Shown one piece after another: positions 50,026 to 57,337 of a DNA stretch of 64,000 nt (within the stretch, counting starts at the first letter, position 1; each line of letters opens with the position of its first letter). Position numbers and translations under genes: made by a program. The notes beneath the pieces were generated by a model. That model was not told the origin of the DNA, searched no databases, and saw only the letters and a program-made list of their open reading frames with translations. The stretch is from NCBI GenBank assembly GCA_963744995.1, contig CAVUWA010000002.1, positions 800,001 to 864,000 of the forward strand, given 5' to 3'. The DNA comes from Candidatus Eiseniibacteriota bacterium (GTDB taxonomy: Bacteria; Eisenbacteria; RBG-16-71-46).

Positions 50026-50059
50026 GGGCCTGGACGAGCAGCGAATCAATTTCTTGCCC

Positions 50060-50479
50060 CTATGGATTCCAGCCGGTTCCAGTCCCGTCACGCTTGTACT
50101 CGTAGGTGACCGTGAGATCTTTCGTGGGACGGTTGGTGACCCCCGTGGCGGACACGTCGAAGCCGACATCGGTGGCGCCAGCCGCCCCCGTCGGAGTCAC
50201 CGTGAAGGTCCAGTTCGCCTTCGCCTCCTGAACGTCCACCAGCCCCGCAGCTTCGAGCGTGGCGAGATCGGCGTATTCCTGCCCGCTGTTCTTCTGAAAG
50301 TACGCCTGCTCGGCCGTGATGATCGCCCCGATGGCCCCCTTCGCCTCGGTGCGCTGCGCGTCCTTGACGTAGTTGATGTAGAGCGGTACGGCGACCGCAG
50401 CGAGAATCGCCACGATCACGATCACCACCATCAACTCCATCAGCGTGAAGCCCTTTTCCTTGTGCCACATGTCTTGCAT
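50060..50479 (-). CDS. pilA: Major type IVa pilin (start 50479 or 50470)
   Basis: KG|FTLMELMVVIVIVAILAAVAVPLY..Y...A...EA. Confidence 0.92.
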   Translation of the reverse strand: MQDMWHKEKGFTLMELMVVIVIVAILAAVAVPLYINYVKDAQRTEAKGAIGAIITAEQAYFQKNSGQEYADLATLEAAGLVDVQEAKANWTFTVTPTGAAGATDVGFDVSATGVTNRPTKDLTVTYEYKRDGTGTGWNP

Positions 50480-50557
50480 CTCCCGTCGTTTCGGCTCTCC
50501 AACCGAATCGAATGAACTCCGCTTCCAGTGCGTCCTCACGGGCGCGGCCGCCCGCAG

Positions 50558-51820
50558 CTACATCCCCGTCAGGCCCGAACGCATGGCCTGGCCGAGGTTG
50601 AAGATCGGCAGATAGAGCGCGATGAGCATGAGCCCGACCAGCAGGCCGAGCGTCACGATCGCGAGCGGTTCGACCAGCGAACTCAGCCCGTCCACCGCGG
50701 TCGTCACGCGCTGCTCGTAGAAGTCCGCCGTGCGCGACAACATGTTGTCGAGTTGCCCGGTCTCTTCGCCGGTCGCCGTCATCTGCACGAGCATCTCCGG
50801 GAACACGCGTGCTTCCGCCATCGCCTTGGACAGGGAGCTGCCCTCCTCGACGCGCGTGCGCAGGAAGTCGGTGCCCTGTTCGAGCACCTTGTTCCCCGGC
50901 ACCGGCCGCAGCACCTTGAGAGCGTACAGGATCTGGGTGCCGCTCGCCGTCAGGATCCCCAGAGTCCGCGCGAACTTGGTCACCGCATACATGCGGATCA
51001 GCGGCCCGAACAGCGGCAGGCTGAACTTGGCGCGGTCGACGGTCATGCGGCCAGCCGGAGTGTTGGCCCAGTAGGTTGCGGCCAGCACCGCGACGACCGC
51101 CAGAACGGTCATGAGCAGGAGGTTGTGGGAGATGAACGAGCTCAGGTTCAGCAGTGCCTGGGTCGGCGCCGGGAGTGGCACCTTGAACCGATCGTAGATC
51201 CCCGAAAACATCGGGATGATCTTGACGATCATGGCGATGACCACCAGCGCGGCGAAGGTCATCACGAACGTCGGGTAGCGCAGCGCCGCCTCGACCTTGA
51301 GTCGCAGCGTCTCGGCGCGCTCCATGTAGCCGGCGGTCTGATCCATGATGTGGTCGAGCGTGCCCGACACCTCGCCGGTGTTGACCAGACTCACGAACAC
51401 CTCGTCGAACACCGCCGGGTGCTTGGCGAGCGCCCCCGACAGCGTGTCGCCCTTCTGCACGTCCTCGGCGACCCGCTCGAGGATCGCGGCGAGCTTCTTG
51501 TCCTCGTGGTCGCGGGCGATCGAGCGCAGCGAGCGCACCAGCGGGAGCCCCGCGCCGATCATCGTCGCGAGCTGGCGCGCGAACAGCGAGACGGACGAAG
51601 GTTTGACGCCCTTGCCGATGTGCCCGAACGCTTCGATCAGGGGTTTGAGGATCGCGCTGGTGGCGGCGCGGCGGCCGCCGGGCACGCGCGACTCGATGAA
51701 CACGGGGACGAGCTGCGCGCCCTCGAGGATCCGCAGCACCTCTTCCTCCGAGGCGGCGACCTCGATGCCTTCGTGAGCGCGTCCGCTCAGGTCCCGGGCC
51801 CGGTAGTAATAGCTCGGCAT
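50558..51820 (-). CDS. pilC: Inner-membrane platform protein PilC/GspF
   Basis: FARQLATMIGAGLPL, GEVSGTLD, YP.FV, GEETGQLD, LVEP, LYLPIF. Confidence 0.95.
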   Translation of the reverse strand: MPSYYYRARDLSGRAHEGIEVAASEEEVLRILEGAQLVPVFIESRVPGGRRAATSAILKPLIEAFGHIGKGVKPSSVSLFARQLATMIGAGLPLVRSLRSIARDHEDKKLAAILERVAEDVQKGDTLSGALAKHPAVFDEVFVSLVNTGEVSGTLDHIMDQTAGYMERAETLRLKVEAALRYPTFVMTFAALVVIAMIVKIIPMFSGIYDRFKVPLPAPTQALLNLSSFISHNLLLMTVLAVVAVLAATYWANTPAGRMTVDRAKFSLPLFGPLIRMYAVTKFARTLGILTASGTQILYALKVLRPVPGNKVLEQGTDFLRTRVEEGSSLSKAMAEARVFPEMLVQMTATGEETGQLDNMLSRTADFYEQRVTTAVDGLSSLVEPLAIVTLGLLVGLMLIALYLPIFNLGQAMRSGLTGM

Positions 51821-53544
51821 CAGATGTGGTCCGCCAGGGTCGCCGCTCTCACTTCCTCGATCGTCGTGACGCCCGAGAGGATCTTGCGGATGCCGCTCTT
51901 GCGCAACGTCATCAGCCCCTCGTCCATGGCGAGGGACTTGATCTGGTCCTCATTGGCGCCGTCCAGCACCAGGCGCCGCACGGGCTTGTGGAGCTCCAGC
52001 ACCTCGAACACGGCGGTGCGGCCCAGGTAGCCCGTCTGCTTGCAGGCGAGGCAGCCGCGGCCGCGGGCGATGAGTTTACCCTCCAGCATGGCGCCGTCCT
52101 CGCCGAGCGAGGCCAGCTCGCCGAGGTCCGGCGTGTATTCCTCGCGGCAGCGCTCGCACACGCGGCGCACGAGGCGCTGCGCCATGACCAGCGTCACCGC
52201 GGAGCCGACGAGGTAGCGGGGGACACCCATGTCGATCAGTCGCGTCACCGTGCCGGGCGAGTCGTTGGCGTGCACGGTCGACAGCACCAGGTGTCCGGTC
52301 AGCGCCGACTTCACGGCGATGTCGGCGGTCTCGGCGTCGCGGATCTCGCCGATCATGATGACGTCGGGGTCCTGGCGCAGGATCGAGCGCAGCACGCGCG
52401 CGAACGTCATGCCGACCTTGTGATTCGCGTGCACCTGGTTCACCGACTCGATGTGGTACTCGATCGGGTCCTCGACGGTCACCAGGTTCTTGTGGACGCT
52501 CTTGATCTCGTTCAAGGCGGCGTAGAGCGTGGTCGTCTTGCCGCTGCCGGTGGGCCCCGAGATCAGAATCATGCCGTACGGCATGCGAATCGCGCGACCG
52601 TAGGCATCGCTCATGCCCGGGTCCATGCCCAGGTTGCCGACATTGCGGTTGAAAGCCTGTTTGTCGAAGAGCCGCAGTACGACCTTCTCGCCGAACGCGG
52701 TCGGCAGGGTCGAGACGCGGATGTCCACCTCGCGGTCGGGGAGGTGCACCGTGAGCCGCCCGTCCTGCGGCAGCAGCCGCACGGCGATGTCGAGGTCGGC
52801 GAGCACCTTGATGCGCGAGGTGATCGCCATCTGCAGATTCTTCGGCGGTTTCATCATCTCATGCAGCACGCCGTCGATGCGGAAGCGCACCATGATCCGG
52901 TCGCGCAGCGGCTCCACGTGGATGTCGCTCGCGCGCGCGTCGATCGCCTCGGCGAGCATCAGGTTCACCAGCCGGACGACCGGGGCGTCTTCGACCTGCT
53001 GGCGCAGCGTCGCGAGGTCCACGTCCTGCTGACCGTCCCCGCCGATCGTGAGGTCGATGTTCTCGAGAATCTCTCCGACCTGCTCGGTGGCGCGGATCTG
53101 CTGGTAGAACTCGTCGATCGCCTCGATCAGCTCGCTGCCGCGCGCGATCTCGACGCGCAGCACGCAGCCGGTCAGCGCCCGCAGGTGGTCGAGCGATACG
53201 ACGTCGAGCGGGTCGGCCACGGCCACGGCGAGCACGTTCTCCTCGCGCCTGAGCGCGAGCATGACCGCCTGGCGGGCGAGGTGCTCGGGCACCAGCTGCA
53301 CGGCGTCGGGGTCGGCCTGCGAGATGCGGCTGGCGGTGGCGATCGGCAGCGAGAACTGCTCGGCGAGCAGGTCGACGACGTCCTGTTCCTCGAGCACGCC
53401 GGTGCGCACCAGCGTCTGGCCGAGGCGCTCGCGCGCATCGAGGCGTTCCTTGAGCGCCGTCTCGATCTGCTCGGGGCTGACCTTGCCACGGTCGATCAGC
53501 AGTTCGCCGAAACGGCGCGTGGAGAGCCGGAACGAAGTGGTCAT
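51820..53544 (-). CDS. pilB: Extension ATPase PilB/GspE with MshEN-like N-terminus
   Basis: ASDIHVEP, GPTGSGKTT, EDPIEY, LRQDPDVIMIGEIRD, TGHLVLSTVH, CxxC..CxxC. Confidence 0.95.
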   Translation of the reverse strand: MTTSFRLSTRRFGELLIDRGKVSPEQIETALKERLDARERLGQTLVRTGVLEEQDVVDLLAEQFSLPIATASRISQADPDAVQLVPEHLARQAVMLALRREENVLAVAVADPLDVVSLDHLRALTGCVLRVEIARGSELIEAIDEFYQQIRATEQVGEILENIDLTIGGDGQQDVDLATLRQQVEDAPVVRLVNLMLAEAIDARASDIHVEPLRDRIMVRFRIDGVLHEMMKPPKNLQMAITSRIKVLADLDIAVRLLPQDGRLTVHLPDREVDIRVSTLPTAFGEKVVLRLFDKQAFNRNVGNLGMDPGMSDAYGRAIRMPYGMILISGPTGSGKTTTLYAALNEIKSVHKNLVTVEDPIEYHIESVNQVHANHKVGMTFARVLRSILRQDPDVIMIGEIRDAETADIAVKSALTGHLVLSTVHANDSPGTVTRLIDMGVPRYLVGSAVTLVMAQRLVRRVCERCREEYTPDLGELASLGEDGAMLEGKLIARGRGCLACKQTGYLGRTAVFEVLELHKPVRRLVLDGANEDQIKSLAMDEGLMTLRKSGIRKILSGVTTIEEVRAATLADHI

Positions 53545-54698
53545 CGGCGGCCCCCGCTGCCGGGCGTGGCGGCCGGCATCCGTGGCGCGTCGGGGCGCTG
53601 GATACTCGCCACCCGGTAATAGCGCTTCTGCAGCTGGGTGCGCTTCTCGACGTCCTCGAAGTACGGGTAGGCGGTGTCGAACGAAATGATGCCGCGGTCC
53701 ACGAGCTCGGTGAGCGAATCGTCGAGCGTGATCATGTCTTCACGCAGGCTGGTCGAGATCACGTTCGGAATCTGATGGATCTTGTCCTCGCGGATCAGGT
53801 TCTGGATCGCCTGATTGATGAACATCACCTCGCGCGCCGCGATGCGGCCCTTGCCGTCCGCGCGCGGCAGCAGGACCTGCGACAGGACGGCGCGCAGCGT
53901 GAGTGAGAGCTGCGAGCGCACCTGCGACTGCTGGTGCGGCGGGAACGAATCGATGATGCGGGTCACGGTCTGCGCCGCGGACTGGGTCGCCATGGTCGAG
54001 ATCACCAGGTTCCCGGTCTCGGCCGCGGTGAGCGAGATCGCCATGCTCGACAGGTCGCGCATCTCACCGACGAAGATGATGTGCGGCAGCTGGCGCAGGG
54101 CGCCGCGCAGGCCGCGTGCGTAGCTCTTGGTGTCGCTGCCGACCTCGCGCTGCTCGATGACCGCGTTCTTCGACTCGAAGATGAACTCGATCGGGTCCTC
54201 GACGGTCACGATGTGGCGCCGCGTGCCACCCTGATTCACCTGTTCGAGCAGGCTGGCGATGGTCGTGGATTTGCCGGCCCCGGTCGGCCCGGTGACCAGA
54301 ACCAGACCGCGGGTGAGGCCGAGCACGCGGTTCACCACGTGCGGGGCGAGGCCGAGTTCGGTGGGCAGCGGGATCCGGACCGGAATGATGCGAATCGCCG
54401 CGCCCCAGTGGCCGCGCTGGATGAACAGGTTCACGCGAAAGTGCGCAACGCCCGGCAGATAGAAGCGCGTGTCGAGCTCGAGGTCGCGCAGAAAGCGCTC
54501 GTGCAGGGCCGGCGTGAGGAAGCTTTCCGAAAGCCGCCTCGAATCGGTAGACGAAAGGACCGGGGAATCGGGCATCGGCTGCAGCACGCCGGCGACCGTC
54601 ATCATCACCGGGTGGCCCACGGTGAGGATGAGATCCGACGCCCCGGCTTCCGCCGCGCGCCTGAGGATGGCGTCTCGTTCGAGGGGTATATGGCTCAT
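53541..54698 (-). CDS. pilT: PilT/PilU-family retraction ATPase with degenerate His box
   Basis: GASDL, FRVNLF, GPTGAGKSTT, EDPIEF, QREVG, VGEMRD, AIQNLIRE. Confidence 0.88.
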   Translation of the reverse strand: MSHIPLERDAILRRAAEAGASDLILTVGHPVMMTVAGVLQPMPDSPVLSSTDSRRLSESFLTPALHERFLRDLELDTRFYLPGVAHFRVNLFIQRGHWGAAIRIIPVRIPLPTELGLAPHVVNRVLGLTRGLVLVTGPTGAGKSTTIASLLEQVNQGGTRRHIVTVEDPIEFIFESKNAVIEQREVGSDTKSYARGLRGALRQLPHIIFVGEMRDLSSMAISLTAAETGNLVISTMATQSAAQTVTRIIDSFPPHQQSQVRSQLSLTLRAVLSQVLLPRADGKGRIAAREVMFINQAIQNLIREDKIHQIPNVISTSLREDMITLDDSLTELVDRGIISFDTAYPYFEDVEKRTQLQKRYYRVASIQRPDAPRMPAATPGSGGRR

Positions 54699-55356
54699 TG
54701 AGGGGATGCCCTGTTCCACACGGCCCGGATGTCGGGAAGACTACCACTGGCAGCGCCGTTCCCGGTCACGGGCAGGCCGAAGCCCGCGACCGTTCGCACG
54801 ACGCTCTGTGGGTTGCCAGGGCGCGACTTCCGCTCCGGACGGAAGTCGCAGGGGAGGCAGGGATCCGGTCCGGAACCTGCGCCTCCGCCGGCCCCGCACC
54901 GTTCGATAAGTCGCAAAAAAGGATAGAGTTCGGCGGCGCTGGAGTCAACGTCGACGATCGGTCCTCGATCCCGGGAACCCGGCCCCTGCCTCGGGGTATG
55001 CCAGTGGGCCGGGAGCCAGTCCCGACGGGAACCACCGAAAAAGCCCGAGATTTCTCTGGACCCGGTGGATCGGTTCTGGCATGTTCCGCGCGCCTGTACG
55101 GCATTCGACCGGGATGCCGACGGGCCAGACCCACGGACGGGAGTCTCCAGATGCCCGCGCCAGTGGGGGTCTGCGGCGCCAGGGAAGGTCGCCCTCGCGT
55201 TGCAGGTGCAACGTCGTCTCATTGCAGTATCCAATGTGTGCTCCCACCGGTCTCCCCACGCTGATCACATCCGAATAGCGGCCAGGTCCGAGAGCAGGAC
55301 CGCTTTCCGCGGCTTTGGAGCCCCAGGGCACGGTTCGCCGTGCGTCCTCCGGCGGA

Positions 55357-55372
55357 AGGCATGCTTCCTGCT
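55357..55372 (+). promoter_or_regulatory. Possible sigma54 promoter (AGGCATGCTTCCTGCT)
   Basis: GG-N10-GC with GGCA and TGC; palindromes about 120-160 bp upstream. Confidence 0.3.
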
Positions 55373-55547
55373 CACGCGCGCCCGCGGCTCGAGCGCCGTC
55401 TCCGGTGTTTCGTGAGGCCTCGATCCACGCGGTGAGCACAGGACGGCCGGGCAACCGGCACCGCACGCTGCATCTCTTGGAAAGACTGATCGCGGTCTGG
55501 CCGATCACGTACAGGGACGGTACGCGGGTCGGTGGCTCGGAGGACAA

Positions 55548-56354
55548 ATGGGGCTTCGCCGCAGCGCGTCCCTGCTTCTGCTCGCAGGAACCATTGGATG
55601 GACTTCTCACGCAGATGCCCAGGTGACTCACGACAGCGTGACACTTTCATGGACGACACCGGGTGACGACGGAATGCTCGGAACCGCTTCGCAGTTCGAT
55701 CTTCGCTATTCCACGTCACCCATCACCGCCGGCAACTTTGCCTCCGCGACTCGCTGGACGTCGATGCCGGCGCCCGCGGCGCCGGGAACCCGGCAGACGG
55801 TGACCGTGACCGGACTGCAGTCCAACACGACCTACTACTTCGCGATCAAAACGGCCGACGACGTGCCGAACTGGTCGGCGATCTCGAACATCCTCTCGCG
55901 GACGACGCTGCAGGCACCCGACATCGTCCGCCCCGGCCCCGTCGCTTCGCTGGGCGTCACCGGACTCACCGACACGACGGCGACGCTCACCTGGGTCGCG
56001 GTGGGTGACGACAGCCTCACCGGAACGGCCACGAAGTACGACATCCGCTACTCGACTTCGCCGATCAACGCGACCAACTGGAGCAGCGCGACGCAGGCGA
56101 GCGGCGAACCCGCCCCGGCGGCGCCCGGAACTTCGCAGAGCTTCACCGTCACCGGGCTCAGCCGTCAGGTGACCTACTACTTCGCGCTCAAGGTCGAAGA
56201 TGACGCGGGGAATCAGTCCGCGCTGTCGAACGTCGTGAACGCGACCACTCCCGATTCCGTCGCGCCGTCCGCCATCGTCGATCTGGGCGTCAGCCTGGTC
56301 ATCAGCAACGGACCCGCGGCCGCCGTGCCCGCCGCCGGAGACGCGCGCCCGTGA
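55548..56354 (+). CDS. Secreted protein made of two fibronectin type III repeats
   Basis: GGAGG RBS, signal peptide, 2x W..(P/V)GDD...GTA...D.RYS..PI...N...AT...V.GL....TYYFA.K..DD. Confidence 0.88.
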   Translation: MGLRRSASLLLLAGTIGWTSHADAQVTHDSVTLSWTTPGDDGMLGTASQFDLRYSTSPITAGNFASATRWTSMPAPAAPGTRQTVTVTGLQSNTTYYFAIKTADDVPNWSAISNILSRTTLQAPDIVRPGPVASLGVTGLTDTTATLTWVAVGDDSLTGTATKYDIRYSTSPINATNWSSATQASGEPAPAAPGTSQSFTVTGLSRQVTYYFALKVEDDAGNQSALSNVVNATTPDSVAPSAIVDLGVSLVISNGPAAAVPAAGDARP

Positions 56355-57337
56355 ACCACGCGTTCGCTCGTCCACGCCGGCGCGAAGCCCCCGTCTGGAA
56401 GCGCTGGTTCCCGATCATTCTGGGGCTGCTGATCCTGCTGCTCGCTCCCGTGATCTGCCACGCGCAGAGCAGCGTCACGCTGGTGTGGACCTCGCCCGGC
56501 GACGACGGGACGATCGGCACCGCGTCCACCTACGAAATGCGTTACGCGCTGGCGCCGCTCACGCCCGCCAACTGGGGACAGGCGACGCCGGTGCCGGGCC
56601 TTCCGGCGCCGCAGATCTCGGGGACGCGCCAGTCGGTGACGGTGAACGGCCTCACGCAGGGCACCACCTACTACTTCGCCATCCGCACTCAGGACGACGC
56701 CGGCAACTGGTCACCGCTCTCCAACGTGCTGACCTGGGACTGGGTGTACGACACCGCCCCGCCGTCTGCGCCGTCGGGGCTGGTCGCGTCGCGGGAGGGC
56801 GACAACGTGCGGGTGCGCTGGTCGCCCAACAGCGAGCCCGACGTCGCCGGCTACCTCGTCTATCGCGCGACGACGTCGGGCAGCGGCCCGAGCCGGATCA
56901 CCGGCACGCTGGTGAGCGGCACCGAATACCTCGATACCGGCGTCCCGTCCGCCGACCGCGCCTGGTACGAGGTCTCCGCCGTCGACGAGAGCGGCAACGA
57001 GAGCGCGCACTCGAGCACGTTCGCCGTGACGCTCACCGCAGCGCCCACCGCGTGGCAGCTCGAGGTCGGTTTCCCCAATCCGAGCCCGGTCTCCAGCTCG
57101 GTCACGATTCCCATCACGGTACCGCAGTCCGGTTCCGGCGGCGCCGTGCTCGACATCATCGATTCGGGTGGCCATCGCGTGCGCCGGATCGACCTCGCCG
57201 GCCTCGGCATGGGCGCACAGAGCATCACGTGGGACGGCCGGAACGACGCCGCGCGCGTCGTCGCGCCGGGGGTCTACCGCGCGTGGCTGATCGCCGGCGA
57301 TACGCGGCAGACGGTCCGCCTGGTGCGCGTCCCATGA
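56351..57337 (+). CDS. Secreted FN3 protein with C-terminal FlgD-Ig/T9SS-like domain
   Basis: Same FN3 module, a second FN3 (SAVDESGNES), and CTD FPNP...WDGRNDAARVVAPGVY. Confidence 0.88.
   Translation: MNHAFARPRRREAPVWKRWFPIILGLLILLLAPVICHAQSSVTLVWTSPGDDGTIGTASTYEMRYALAPLTPANWGQATPVPGLPAPQISGTRQSVTVNGLTQGTTYYFAIRTQDDAGNWSPLSNVLTWDWVYDTAPPSAPSGLVASREGDNVRVRWSPNSEPDVAGYLVYRATTSGSGPSRITGTLVSGTEYLDTGVPSADRAWYEVSAVDESGNESAHSSTFAVTLTAAPTAWQLEVGFPNPSPVSSSVTIPITVPQSGSGGAVLDIIDSGGHRVRRIDLAGLGMGAQSITWDGRNDAARVVAPGVYRAWLIAGDTRQTVRLVRVP

Noticed and set aside
54720..55547. c-di-GMP-I/II riboswitch or small ORFs upstream of pilT
   Set aside because: No GEMM-type GCAAA/GAAA core found; ORFs here lack an RBS and coding-like composition
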